Origin: a virus
IMG/VR virus record: IMGVR_UViG_3300037247_001689
Span: 52,333-116,332 of that record
Length of the DNA: 64,000 nt
Direction: 5' to 3' (one strand)
The position numbers and the translations under genes were made by a program. Under the pieces are notes generated by a model, which was not told the origin of the DNA, searched no databases, and was given only the letters and a program-made list of their open reading frames with translations. Positions 27,122-37,341 of the stretch are shown piece by piece (positions within the stretch are counted from its first letter, which is position 1; each line of letters starts with the position of its first letter).

Positions 27122-28801
27122 ATGGTAGCTGATTTAAATCCTGCGGGAACAACAAGAACAACAAAATCTGGCCGTGGAAGACACTTGCCAAATCTTTTGG
27201 ATTTTTGGAATCATAAATGGTTTCAGGAATACATGGATGATTTTTTAGACAAAAATGTTCTTGAAAATAACGGTATTGTTTCAGGATGTGTTATATCTGA
27301 TGGTGGTGGAAATTCAATTGATTGTACCAGTGGAGAAGCATATATCAACGGTGTACCTATTACAGTTGCGACACCAGCAAACTTCCCGACAACTGGTGAT
27401 GGCTTTTATGTTGCTCATGTGAATAGTAGCGGAACGGTTGTTTATACAAAATATACGGATATAACGATTCAAAATGCAGTTACTCCTGACAATTCCGCAT
27501 TAATCGGTTTTGCAATTGTTGGACAAGCTGCTTTTACTCTGTTTAGTTATTATAATGATATTGTTAATTTAAACGGGGCAGTTGGAAATATAACCTCACC
27601 TCTTTGCGCAATAGATTTTTCTAACGGGATCAATTTTCAGGGCTCAGGAGAAATTACACACGTAAGCCCCGCCGGTGCAACATATATCGAAGAACCAACC
27701 AAATTATTAAAAACGGTTTCCGGTGCTAATGAATTTAGAACTGAAAAAGATGGTGGAATTCGTATGGGTGCTGCAGAGAATATATGTTTGCAGAGTGAGG
27801 ATTATACAACAACGTGGCAAACTCAAAGATTAACAGTCACTGCTAATGCAGCTACAGCACCAGATGGGCTAGCGACCGCTGATAAACTTCATCAAACAAT
27901 AGAAGCTAGTACTCATTATATTAAACAAAATATCACTGGCGATACATCAGAAGTGCATACTGAAATGGTATTTGCAAAGGCTGATGAGGTTGATCAATTA
28001 TTAGTAAGGGTTACTGATATCAGTATTGTTAATTATGTACACGCAACATTTAATTTAACTACTGGCACAATAGTATCATCTGGTGATTTTGGAAATGGTG
28101 TTTTCAAAGCTGCTGGTATTATTCCTTTAGCTGATGGTTGGTATTTATGTATTCTGATTGGAGCACCAGAACTAGTTGATTCAGGGACTATTACAGTATA
28201 TCAACAACTGGTAGGTGAAAGCGATTTGAATGCAACTGATGGTCTGTATTTGTGGGGCAATGATTTAAAACAATTACCACTCGCAACACCATATATACCT
28301 ACTACTGTAGCCCCTGTTACACAAACGGCAGACTCAACACTATTGACAACGGTTGGAAATGTACCTGATTTAAATAGTGATTTTGGTGTAAAATGGGATA
28401 TGCTTCCAATGGGACAGCATGTTGGAATTGGTCCAGATAAATATGTTTTTTCGATTGCGGGTACTTTAGGTTTTGAATGCAGGTTATCCAATACGGTAGA
28501 TAACAGAATCATTCTGTATTGGGACGGCGCTGAGATTGGTAATGATTTATTCCCTGCTGTAAACAATGATTTTTTAATATTAAGAGATTATGCAATTCAT
28601 AGAATTGGCGACACCTTATATGGTTACGTTGACCATATTTTATCAGGTTCAAAAGTAATTTCTGATATAGTTAATCCAAATTATCCAACAAATATAGGTT
28701 TTGGTAATGATTCATCAGGGAATAGAGGTGCGTATTTTAGAAATAATTATTTTAAATTTTATAAAATAGGATTCGCAGGATCGGAGGAGCGTATATCATG
28801 A
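27122..28801 (+). CDS. tail fibre/spike with putative carbohydrate-binding domains
   Basis: NGIVSGC..GEAYING N-terminus; N.CL.SED...W, APDG..TADKL, PYIPT spike-fibre motifs; LamG-like C-terminus. Confidence 0.75.
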   Translation: MVADLNPAGTTRTTKSGRGRHLPNLLDFWNHKWFQEYMDDFLDKNVLENNGIVSGCVISDGGGNSIDCTSGEAYINGVPITVATPANFPTTGDGFYVAHVNSSGTVVYTKYTDITIQNAVTPDNSALIGFAIVGQAAFTLFSYYNDIVNLNGAVGNITSPLCAIDFSNGINFQGSGEITHVSPAGATYIEEPTKLLKTVSGANEFRTEKDGGIRMGAAENICLQSEDYTTTWQTQRLTVTANAATAPDGLATADKLHQTIEASTHYIKQNITGDTSEVHTEMVFAKADEVDQLLVRVTDISIVNYVHATFNLTTGTIVSSGDFGNGVFKAAGIIPLADGWYLCILIGAPELVDSGTITVYQQLVGESDLNATDGLYLWGNDLKQLPLATPYIPTTVAPVTQTADSTLLTTVGNVPDLNSDFGVKWDMLPMGQHVGIGPDKYVFSIAGTLGFECRLSNTVDNRIILYWDGAEIGNDLFPAVNNDFLILRDYAIHRIGDTLYGYVDHILSGSKVISDIVNPNYPTNIGFGNDSSGNRGAYFRNNYFKFYKIGFAGSEERIS

Positions 28802-29145
28802 TGACAATAACACATTGCAAAAACACTTCAGCATTAATGTCTGAAGTAAAAGAAAAGTTTCCAGAATTTGAAAACGAGGGAAGTTTTTTAATCAGGGAGA
28901 AAAAACCGCATTCAGTAAAAAAAGGTAATGAAACATTGAATCGTTGTCGGTTTTCAGAAAAAGAATTGGAAATGGTTAAACAGTTGAAAAATTTAACATT
29001 ACTTGGTGATTACGAAGAATGTTTTGCTAATCCTGAATCAAAAGAAATTTATGACAGAATCTGGGAATCTGGGAAAATAATTGATGAAGAAACAGGACAG
29101 AAAAAACCTGTTGAATTTTCAAGATTTTTAGGTGAAAAATATTAA
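28798..29145 (+). CDS. putative fibre chaperone
   Basis: small charged ORF directly after the fibre. Confidence 0.45.
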   Translation: MMTITHCKNTSALMSEVKEKFPEFENEGSFLIREKKPHSVKKGNETLNRCRFSEKELEMVKQLKNLTLLGDYEECFANPESKEIYDRIWESGKIIDEETGQKKPVEFSRFLGEKY

Positions 29146-29156
29146 AATAAAACATT

Positions 29157-30635
29157 ATGGCTAAAACATTACCACTAGATTCATCAAAATTTCCAAGCCT
29201 TGCGACGTTGGCGGAATATGTTAAGTCAATAACGCTTACATCTTCTCAGATTAATGACGAGCCAACAACAAGGTCTAATGCTGATATTGCTCTAGATTTA
29301 AAGATTAACACTAATGTGCCAGATATGGTTGTCTTCACTTCATCAGAATTGAATAATTATTCAGATGATGCGCGGTATGTAAGATATGATCAAGGAACAA
29401 AAACGTTCAAACAAAAAGGTGGTTCTACTAGAACCCCAATAACAGGCGACTGGACGTTAATCAAATCAATTGAAACGTTAACAGCTTCACTTAATTTCCC
29501 AGTAGGTTATGACCGAGGAAAAATAATAACGGATCGGCACTTTGAAATCCCCGTTGGAAATAAAGGAAGTGGGGAGCCATATGAGATATTTATAGGCGGT
29601 GATAATGCGGATTGTAATTTTATTTTAGACAAAGATTATACTGATTTAAGTTTATCATTAACGGATGAGCAAAAAAGAACGGTCAAAAACAGAGGTTCAG
29701 GCAATAGAATCATATTAAATAATAGACAGATTTTTTCAGGTAATCGACCCATAGAATTTAACAGTCCAGTTATTATTAATGATCCCTACATAATCAGCCA
29801 GAACGGCTTTAGTTATCCAGGGTTTAAATTAGGATCACCTGCTAATGATTGCCTATTTACAGACTGGTGGATTGCGTGGGGAGGACTGGATATCGTTGGC
29901 GATGGTTCAATATTAATACCCCCTGTTCATAACCCATTTTCAGGTCCATTGCAATATAAAGTGTTCTCAGATGATCCAGCGGGTAGATTTTTAAGATATA
30001 ATACTCCTATCGGTGGTTCAACTGGTGTTGATCCTGATGTACATAGTAGAACTTCACCCTCGACTTTGGCGACGATAGCAACGTACACATCCAGCGCATC
30101 AAATGAAATAAGCGGGATACCAGATGTTGACACTATTAAGTTGAAGATTGGAGCAAGGGTTTTTGATGCAGGCGGCAGTATACCTCAAAAAATTTCTGGC
30201 ACACCGAAAACAACAATAATAAAACAAGGTGGTATCGTCCACAACGGACCAGATAATAATTCCATTTTCCTAATTGATTCAGAAACAGGTGGTGACGTTA
30301 TTGTATCGGCTACTGGTAATCTTACTATTGATATGTCTGGTAATAGTGGAATCTCTCATCAGATGGACGCTGCACAACAAATTACAGGTAGAATGCTTTT
30401 CGGGCAGTTAAGTACCGCTGATTTTTGGGGTAAAGCAATACCGTATACCGGCGCGCTTAAAAAGGAAGCGCCCACTGGGGCCGTTGACAGAACTGCGACT
30501 AATCCAGGACAACAGGGTCTTGAAGACGATTTAGTTTTTGATAACTCTTTTTCAACTTTGCCGAACATAGCAAAGATAAACCCAGACGAAACCAGAGTTA
30601 TATCCAATCAACGACATTCATATTTAATAATGTAA
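29157..30635 (+). CDS. tail fibre protein
   Basis: C-terminal Q.DA.Q.ITG and DETRV.N..YLI collar/fibre-type motifs. Confidence 0.7.
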   Translation: MAKTLPLDSSKFPSLATLAEYVKSITLTSSQINDEPTTRSNADIALDLKINTNVPDMVVFTSSELNNYSDDARYVRYDQGTKTFKQKGGSTRTPITGDWTLIKSIETLTASLNFPVGYDRGKIITDRHFEIPVGNKGSGEPYEIFIGGDNADCNFILDKDYTDLSLSLTDEQKRTVKNRGSGNRIILNNRQIFSGNRPIEFNSPVIINDPYIISQNGFSYPGFKLGSPANDCLFTDWWIAWGGLDIVGDGSILIPPVHNPFSGPLQYKVFSDDPAGRFLRYNTPIGGSTGVDPDVHSRTSPSTLATIATYTSSASNEISGIPDVDTIKLKIGARVFDAGGSIPQKISGTPKTTIIKQGGIVHNGPDNNSIFLIDSETGGDVIVSATGNLTIDMSGNSGISHQMDAAQQITGRMLFGQLSTADFWGKAIPYTGALKKEAPTGAVDRTATNPGQQGLEDDLVFDNSFSTLPNIAKINPDETRVISNQRHSYLIM

Positions 30636-30639
30636 TACT

Positions 30640-31086
30640 ATGAAAATAAGAAAAACAGACATACCAGAGTGTGACACAAGAAAAAAAATTGAAGAGGCTT
30701 TGGAAATCTACAAAAAAGATGAAGAATATAGGAATAATATTGGAAACAGAGCACACACAGAACACCCAAAAATAAGAGAATTGTATTTAAGTGGCGGTGA
30801 GTTTGAATTTATCGATAAAACACTGGAAGAAGAAGAAGTAGACGCTATTAAAGAAGCTGAAGAAAAATCAGAGAAATCAAAAAAAGACCGGATTATATTA
30901 GCTAAAACAGACCCAGTTGCCAGAGATTCATTAATCACTGAGTTAATGACAGAATCAGGATTTTCAGAAACAAAAACAACATTGGCTTATGTCCAAAAAA
31001 TGGAAGATAAAAAAGACATGAGCCAATATTTTACTGACAGAGCTTCTAAATTATCAGAAATACAAACGATGATTTCAGACGCTTAA
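30640..31086 (+). CDS. putative tail fibre assembly protein
   Basis: charged helical ORF after the fibre; last gene of the operon. Confidence 0.5.
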   Translation: MKIRKTDIPECDTRKKIEEALEIYKKDEEYRNNIGNRAHTEHPKIRELYLSGGEFEFIDKTLEEEEVDAIKEAEEKSEKSKKDRIILAKTDPVARDSLITELMTESGFSETKTTLAYVQKMEDKKDMSQYFTDRASKLSEIQTMISDA

Positions 31087-32456
31087 AAAGAAACTATCTG
31101 TCCACATTCTCCTATTGTTTCTGTGGTAATTGGTGTCATTGTGTTAGCATCTGTTATTTTTAATATTACTTGTACATTATCAATAACTCTATATGCTCCA
31201 ATATCCAACGTGTCAGTATCACCTTTATTAACATCAAAACAATCAGGTATTACTTTATAATCTTCTAATAAAGTAGTACTTACTTCATTTACAACGTCTT
31301 CTTTAGATAATCTAAAAAAATTCTCCGAACCATCATTATTATTCTTTGAATAAAAATATAATTTATTCCCTGCTTTTATCGTTAAATCAAAAATAGTATG
31401 ACCTGAATAATTTAAATTTTTATTGATCATGTCGGTTGAATAATTTCCCAGTAAGTATATTTTATCTCCACAAATCATAATATCATCATCACCTACTATA
31501 TGCGCTGTGCAACCTGATAATCCAGTGCTTACGTTTATTTTAGTGTAATTTGGGCCACCTTCATTTTCGTAAGCATATCTTTCTTTATATTGAGCGTATC
31601 TAGTGTTTAAGATACCATTATCACCAGACAATCTATAAAATCCTCTTTCGTCTCTAGCCTGAACAAAAAATCCTGTTTTGTGCGGTATGAAGAATTTTTT
31701 TTCATTAATAAATAATTCCTCTGAATGTTCGAAAACTTCACCGCCGTCTGTGATAACCATATCAGGAATAATCAAATCAGAACCAGCACTTAATCTAATT
31801 TCAGCACCCGTGTCAACCATCACGTCACCGTTTTTATTAAACGATATCTGGCTAATACTACCACCAAAAACAGATAATGACATCAAACTATTTTTCCCTG
31901 AAACCGTATTCTCCTGAACAATTTCACTATCAGTCAAATAATTAATATTATCACCGATTTTTACATAATAAGGAGAGTTTCCGAGATTTGAAAGCTTCCT
32001 TGGTTCATATAATTCAGGTGCGCATATCTGATCAACTCTGTTAACAATGCAAGTAGCAATTAAAGTGTCATCAGTGGCATCAATATAAAATGTCAGTGCG
32101 ATATCATCAGAATACATTACCTTATGCATCATTTTCAACTTATGCGTATCTGGGATTTCAATTTCAAGCACGAACCCGTCATCCATAGTGAACATATTTC
32201 CACCATCGTATGACGCCATCATTATTGACAAACTAGTTGTTGAATCAGATATCGATTCTCCTGGAGGTATAAAATCCCTTCTTATAATATTATCAACCCC
32301 GTTCAAATTAATTCTAAACGATTCTAAATTAACACTGGAATCACTCGTTTCTTCTTCACAATCACTATATTCACATGGGTCATAAACGTCATCACCTCGG
32401 CTACATGACATCAATAATCCGATTGACACAATAAATAATAATATTAAATTTCTCAT
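31083..32456 (-). CDS. large predicted lipoprotein (beta-rich)
   Basis: MRNLILLFIVSIGLLMS-C lipobox; convergent with the tail operon. Confidence 0.7.
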   Translation of the reverse strand: MRNLILLFIVSIGLLMSCSRGDDVYDPCEYSDCEEETSDSSVNLESFRINLNGVDNIIRRDFIPPGESISDSTTSLSIMMASYDGGNMFTMDDGFVLEIEIPDTHKLKMMHKVMYSDDIALTFYIDATDDTLIATCIVNRVDQICAPELYEPRKLSNLGNSPYYVKIGDNINYLTDSEIVQENTVSGKNSLMSLSVFGGSISQISFNKNGDVMVDTGAEIRLSAGSDLIIPDMVITDGGEVFEHSEELFINEKKFFIPHKTGFFVQARDERGFYRLSGDNGILNTRYAQYKERYAYENEGGPNYTKINVSTGLSGCTAHIVGDDDIMICGDKIYLLGNYSTDMINKNLNYSGHTIFDLTIKAGNKLYFYSKNNNDGSENFFRLSKEDVVNEVSTTLLEDYKVIPDCFDVNKGDTDTLDIGAYRVIDNVQVILKITDANTMTPITTETIGECGQIVSF

Positions 32457-32509
32457 AGTTTTCTCCATTTATAAGTTTAATTATTCCTTACTACAATAAA
32501 GACTGAATG

Positions 32510-33886
32510 TCAAGATATTAACATAGACGTTTTCTCATCAAGAAAAATTTTCTCAATATCTGTCTCCTGCTGAACTTTTTCAATTAACTCTGGAATTTTA
32601 TAAGACATTAATTTCTTAATTCCTGGGATAATTGTGTCTGTCAGAACATCCACATTTTTAGTTATTTCAAGCGTTTCGTTAAAATTCTTTTCCATCCTGG
32701 CTGATAATTTCTGAGCTATTTTTAAACGATTCAATTCTTTTTCTTTCTGTGCAATATACCCTTCAGATCCGATATACTTATCAAGTGTAGCGTTAAGATC
32801 AGCTTTCTTTTCGGATATCTTTTCATAGCTGTCATCGAGATTTGATACGTTTAAATCTATTTTTTTAATAACACCATCCGTATTCTCAAACATGTCTTTG
32901 TATCTAAGTAATTCTTCTTTATCATCTTTATGTTTTTTTATCTGATCAACAATGACCTGCTTAACTTGATCCAGTTTAGAATTAAGATTACAGATTGTTC
33001 CGACAAATGACTCTTTTAGGAAGATTAGTTTTAGTTCTTCTTCGGTTCTGTTATTTTTAACATCGATTTTTTTTAATTCCTTCTTATCGAGCTTTGACTC
33101 CTCTATGCTATCTTTGGTTAGAAAAATAAAAAGCACTGTAGCAGCAAAATTAATAACGGACCATCCAATTTGCCCAACTCCACTAGGCGGATAAAGTGAA
33201 ATAATAAACATCAATACACAAGCAGCAAACATCCAAACGGGAACTCTTAAAATTAAATCTATGATTTTACCAGTTTTTATATGTTTACTGACAACACTTT
33301 TCTTATTAGACTTCTTCCACTTATTAAACCTTTTCATAATATCAGATTCAATATCAAGCATTTCGTCACATTCAAGTATTAGTTTGTCAAATGAAAGGTC
33401 TTTATATTTTCCCATATTACCTCTGAATTTTGAAGAGAGTATGGATATTATTTTTTTGTCGTACATTAATGAACTTCTCAGTTTTTTTGTTTTATCACTG
33501 TCTGGACATCCACAATGGTCAAAGATATATTTTTTAGGCATGTTATCTTTTTCTATATAGTAATCTTTTTTATCTGAATCACACAAATCATGAACATTAC
33601 CATATTTTTTGTTAAGAATAGAATACTGATAATTATCCTCATGCACCTTTAGTCTCTCGTTTATTATCATTTGTATCTGTTGGATGTCTTCTATCTTTAT
33701 ATAATCAACCCCAATCTCTAATAATCTTTTATTTATTTCTTCTACTCGTTGATTATCAATTATATTCATGTATTCCAATTTCGTCTCCTTTTTTGGTTCT
33801 AATATTTTTGGCAAATCTTCTTTTGATAACATGTTTAGTGAGTGTTTATTTGTCGGATCAAAACTAAATGGTAAAATATTAGCCAT
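32510..33886 (-). CDS. membrane protein with two TM helices and long coiled coil
   Basis: VPVWMFAACVLMFIISLY and IGWSVINFAATVLFIFL; start revised to MANILPF (GGAGG RBS). Confidence 0.7.
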   Translation of the reverse strand: MANILPFSFDPTNKHSLNMLSKEDLPKILEPKKETKLEYMNIIDNQRVEEINKRLLEIGVDYIKIEDIQQIQMIINERLKVHEDNYQYSILNKKYGNVHDLCDSDKKDYYIEKDNMPKKYIFDHCGCPDSDKTKKLRSSLMYDKKIISILSSKFRGNMGKYKDLSFDKLILECDEMLDIESDIMKRFNKWKKSNKKSVVSKHIKTGKIIDLILRVPVWMFAACVLMFIISLYPPSGVGQIGWSVINFAATVLFIFLTKDSIEESKLDKKELKKIDVKNNRTEEELKLIFLKESFVGTICNLNSKLDQVKQVIVDQIKKHKDDKEELLRYKDMFENTDGVIKKIDLNVSNLDDSYEKISEKKADLNATLDKYIGSEGYIAQKEKELNRLKIAQKLSARMEKNFNETLEITKNVDVLTDTIIPGIKKLMSYKIPELIEKVQQETDIEKIFLDEKTSMLIS

Positions 33887-34043
33887 TTTTACGCTTCGCC
33901 TCCAAAACTTCGAAATCAACATATTTACAAATTTCCTCATTCAGACATCTAACTATGTACGGGATATCTCTTGTCTTGACACCGTTCATATTCGCTTCTT
34001 CATTCTTGTTTTCTGGCAGTGTGAATGTCTTATCCATAATTCC

Positions 34044-34406
34044 TCAGTTGATTATATTACCGGTTTCTGACATTTCCTCATGTGTTAAATCAGGATTAGA
34101 ATTGATGCTGATGTTTTTCTCTTTATCGTCCCATGTTATTTGCCAGTATTGATCGTGGAGCCAAATATTGATCTTTTTAAAATTACCTTTTTTATGATGA
34201 TTTTCAATTGAACCCTGTAGTGCTATCCATAAAACAGAACCCATTCTAAGTTGAGCATCATACTGATCTGTTTTTAACTGGACCGATTTTTTTAGTTCCG
34301 CGATTAATTCTACCTGCACAGAACTTCGTTTCTGATTAATGTAGTTTTCAACAAGTAATAATATTATAAAAATTGACATCAAAATAATTACAAGTCCCAT
34401 ACCCAC
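34044..34406 (-). CDS. membrane-anchored hypothetical protein
   Basis: N-terminal TM helix. Confidence 0.6.
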   Translation of the reverse strand: MGMGLVIILMSIFIILLLVENYINQKRSSVQVELIAELKKSVQLKTDQYDAQLRMGSVLWIALQGSIENHHKKGNFKKINIWLHDQYWQITWDDKEKNISINSNPDLTHEEMSETGNIIN

Positions 34407-34409
34407 CTC

Positions 34410-34520
34410 TTAAAAGAATTTCAAACCAATCATAATAAATTCATACATAAAATAAACTGTCAGTAAAAAAGGTAGTCCTGCGTATAAAATTACTTTGATT
34501 GACTTGGTTAGTTTGTTCAT
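34410..34520 (-). CDS. small membrane protein (36 aa, not in ORF track)
   Basis: MNKLTKSIKVILYAGLPFLLTVYFMYEFIMIGLKFF; ATGA overlap with 34517. Confidence 0.5.
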   Translation of the reverse strand: MNKLTKSIKVILYAGLPFLLTVYFMYEFIMIGLKFF

Positions 34521-34723
34521 ATCATAGCTGGTAAATTAATTACTTTTGATGACTGATAAAATCCATAGTCTCGCGTTACGTTCGGTATAGAATCAATTTT
34601 TGTAATCTTACCACCTTGGTTAATATATTTTCTAACGGCAGCTTCTACAAATTTTATATCTGGATTGAATAAAATCTGTTTTTTCTTCCTTCTCTTTGGT
34701 TTATTTTCGTATGTTAAATCCAT
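34517..34723 (-). CDS. small basic protein
   Basis: AVRKYINQGGKITKI motif seen in small phage proteins. Confidence 0.6.
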   Translation of the reverse strand: MDLTYENKPKRRKKKQILFNPDIKFVEAAVRKYINQGGKITKIDSIPNVTRDYGFYQSSKVINLPAMI

Positions 34724-34746
34724 TTGGTTCCTTTTGTTTGTTTAAT

Positions 34747-35028
34747 TTAATCGATCACACCTTTTTTGAAATACTGTTCGTCATCCGCACCTGAATCAGT
34801 GATACATCCCGACCTTGAAAGTTGTGGAAGAGGATTTTTATAATCCTCATTGTTATCAGCTAATGGACACGCTAAATCCAGTTCAAACACTTTTGCAGGA
34901 TATGCGGTTATCATATTTTGCTTTCCGTAGAGTTCCAGACCTGCACTTCTGCACTTCTTAAAAGCCTTTACAAGTTCATTAAAAGCTTTTTTCTGCTTGT
35001 CTGTTATTTCGAATTCTTCTATTTTCAT
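34747..35028 (-). CDS. hypothetical protein
   Basis: 93-aa ORF coupled to 35025. Confidence 0.6.
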   Translation of the reverse strand: MKIEEFEITDKQKKAFNELVKAFKKCRSAGLELYGKQNMITAYPAKVFELDLACPLADNNEDYKNPLPQLSRSGCITDSGADDEQYFKKGVID

Positions 35029-35795
35029 TTCTCCAATTCCCGTAAAAGTATTTTAGTAATGGATACCTGACCTTTGCCGGTTACCATTATTTTTTGGCAA
35101 AGTTGATTTTTTGTTTCGGTTCCATTTTTGATAGGAACTTCTGTCGTGTATTCGTCGAATATAAACCATCCGTATTTCATTACATGCTGGTAGGGTTCGT
35201 TTACATTTTTTTCATTATATCTGAAATATTTCAAATCCCTGAATTTTTGGAATAATTGCTTAGGACCAATCTCATAACCATTTTTACTTAGGTGTTTTGC
35301 AAATGCGCCAACTGAAATTGTATCTGTTGTTTCTTCCATGTGTTTTGCAAATGCAATCTGAGGTTCAGCTTCTTTTAATTCGAGCTGAAGCTTTTCTTTT
35401 TCTTCTACTTCATGGACTAATGCGATTAGAGCTTCCTTGTAGCTTTGTGGTAGTTTTGGGATGTTTTGCTGCGCCAAACTTTTATAATGAAGAAATGAGT
35501 TCACAACTTTTTGTTTAAATTCAACTGCCTTTTCCGTGTTCCTTGAAAGAGTTCCAAGGAAAGTTGTTTGCCCTTCATTTAAGAAACAGATGTTTTCCTT
35601 CTGGCAACTGTCTGAATTTAAAGAAGGTGCGATTTCAAATCCGACCTTGCCATATCTTTCCATTCGTTCTAAATACTTTCTTACGGTTTTTACAACTGAA
35701 GAATTATCAACACCTAATCCGTCTGCAATTTGGCGTGATTCCATTTTCAATTCTCCGTCAATTTCTTCTAATGGTATTAAATCTTTTTCATTCAT
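35025..35795 (-). CDS. Rha-family/KilA-C (ANT) antirepressor-like protein
   Basis: MESRQIA, CFLNEGQTTFL..LSRNT.KAVEFK (Rha); LPQSYKEAL, ISVGAFAK, PYQ, VTGKGQ (KilA-C). Confidence 0.9.
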   Translation of the reverse strand: MNEKDLIPLEEIDGELKMESRQIADGLGVDNSSVVKTVRKYLERMERYGKVGFEIAPSLNSDSCQKENICFLNEGQTTFLGTLSRNTEKAVEFKQKVVNSFLHYKSLAQQNIPKLPQSYKEALIALVHEVEEKEKLQLELKEAEPQIAFAKHMEETTDTISVGAFAKHLSKNGYEIGPKQLFQKFRDLKYFRYNEKNVNEPYQHVMKYGWFIFDEYTTEVPIKNGTETKNQLCQKIMVTGKGQVSITKILLRELEK

Positions 35796-35826
35796 TTCAG
35801 TACTCCATCCTTATTAAAATCATTGG

Positions 35827-36120
35827 TTAAGTTTTAGTACCAGGAATTTTAGCCCATGCAGGACTGAATGTAATAGCCTTCTCCCAACTCACACAATATG
35901 GAACTACTTTATCAAAGTAATTGCGCTCCGCCCCAAAATTACCGTCTTTTAATCTTTCAGACTTGTATTCATCCCAAGATAATTCTCTCCATTTGTCGCC
36001 AGTTCGCTTTAGAATGACCATCACATTCAATGAAATTGTTTCATATTCGCTTTGATTAAAAACACAACTCCAAGGATGTTCTTTCAAGAAATCACTTGGC
36101 TTAATCATGTTGTTGTCCAT
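35827..36120 (-). CDS. hypothetical protein
   Basis: 97-aa ORF with AGGAG RBS. Confidence 0.65.
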   Translation of the reverse strand: MDNNMIKPSDFLKEHPWSCVFNQSEYETISLNVMVILKRTGDKWRELSWDEYKSERLKDGNFGAERNYFDKVVPYCVSWEKAITFSPAWAKIPGTKT

Positions 36121-36161
36121 CTAAATCTCCTTTAAAATATTATCAAAATCATTAAGTAATA

Positions 36162-36593
36162 CTACAATATTAATTGGATATCTTCTTTTGAAAACTCTGA
36201 TCTTATTTCTTGGTATGGAAGTTTAAATTCTTCCGACAATTCTCTGCATTGATCATCTGTTAAAATCGGTAAGTCTGGAAATTCTTCAAAATCTGACATA
36301 CAATATCTTTCAATAAAATTTCTTAAAGGAATCCTGTCTTCTTTACTGAACTCTATTAAATTATAAGCATGTTTTTTCATATTATCAGTAACTGCCACCT
36401 TATATTTTTCATTACTATCAGAGATTTTTTTATTAAACTTTTTGGTTTCGATATCGTATTCAGACTTTCTTTTCTCTTGCTCTGCTGCAACCTCAAGCAT
36501 GATCTCAAGCCCTTTTTTGGCCAATTCTTTACATTGCTGAATAGTGATTTTGTCATTTGTGGATATTTCTTCTAAGATGCTGTATAAATTCAT
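36162..36593 (-). CDS. hypothetical protein
   Basis: 143-aa ORF with AGGAG RBS. Confidence 0.65.
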   Translation of the reverse strand: MNLYSILEEISTNDKITIQQCKELAKKGLEIMLEVAAEQEKRKSEYDIETKKFNKKISDSNEKYKVAVTDNMKKHAYNLIEFSKEDRIPLRNFIERYCMSDFEEFPDLPILTDDQCRELSEEFKLPYQEIRSEFSKEDIQLIL

Positions 36594-36636
36594 TTTGGTT
36601 CTCCTGTTGTGGTTATTAATTAATTCAAGTTAAACT

Positions 36637-36665
36637 AACCTAAATTAATGTTAACAAACTGTCAA
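36637..36665 (-). promoter_or_regulatory. sigma70-like promoter
   Basis: TTGACA-17 nt-TAGGTT; spacer holds palindrome TGTTAACA. Confidence 0.5.
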
Positions 36666-36832
36666 CTTTTAATTAATAAAAAATCTATTATTTTTTGTAT
36701 TGACTTAGAAAACCCGTCTTTAGCCCACCTTGTAATAGTTGATTTGTCTACCTTAAGCTTTTCAGCTAGTTCAACATTGGTCTTACATCCCATTGACTGC
36801 TTTAATCTTTCAATTCTTAATTTGTTGTCCAT
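36662..36832 (-). CDS. XRE/CI-type HTH regulator
   Basis: IERLK..MGCKTNVELAEKLKVDKSTITRW; GGAG RBS before MDNKL. Confidence 0.8.
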   Translation of the reverse strand: MDNKLRIERLKQSMGCKTNVELAEKLKVDKSTITRWAKDGFSKSIQKIIDFLLIKS

Positions 36833-36840
36833 GATCTCCT

Positions 36841-37341
36841 TTAAATTTCCACCACACATTCAACTACAAATTGCCCCGCAATTGAATGAATGAATTTCTG
36901 ATGGATAAAATGATCCTTATCTTTTACCTGGTTGTATTTTTCTTTATCAATTAGAAACGATTTCTTAATTAACGGTTTATTATGCGCTCCCGGGATAGAA
37001 AAAGTTCCTCGAATTTTCACCATATCCTTTTTCCCGTTCAGGAGAATATGATTATTACCGGATTCTAAATCTTCAATGAGACTATCAGGGCAATCTTTAA
37101 ACTCCTTTGTATGCCTTTTTTTGGTCAAAACATAACCTCTTTTCGGCAACAGAAGTTTTTCAAGGGTATCGACTTTTTTAGATTTCAACCGTGACCGGAT
37201 CACATCTTTATCAATTCCGCTTTCAATAGCCTCTACAGTCTGCAATAATTTGCTTTGAGTTAGCCAACGGTTGTCAAAGTACCTGATTAAATCCCCTCTT
37301 GTTTTATCGGACTTTTGAGGTGGTTTTGTTTGGAGTTTCAT
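36841..37341 (-). CDS. basic hypothetical protein
   Basis: 166-aa ORF coupled to neighbours. Confidence 0.6.
   Translation of the reverse strand: MKLQTKPPQKSDKTRGDLIRYFDNRWLTQSKLLQTVEAIESGIDKDVIRSRLKSKKVDTLEKLLLPKRGYVLTKKRHTKEFKDCPDSLIEDLESGNNHILLNGKKDMVKIRGTFSIPGAHNKPLIKKSFLIDKEKYNQVKDKDHFIHQKFIHSIAGQFVVECVVEI

Noticed and set aside
10323-30938. Many antisense ORFs within structural genes (e.g. 17394..17921, 28201..28566)
   Set aside because: They are shadow frames fully overlapping well-supported genes, with no RBS or recognisable motifs.
27122-31086. Diversity-generating retroelement or invertible fibre cassette
   Set aside because: No reverse transcriptase or invertase was recognised, and I saw no adenine-variant TR/VR pair or flanking inverted repeats.
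13822-31086. Tailocin or extracellular contractile injection system
   Set aside because: Capsid, protease, scaffold and replication genes are present, so this is a phage tail.
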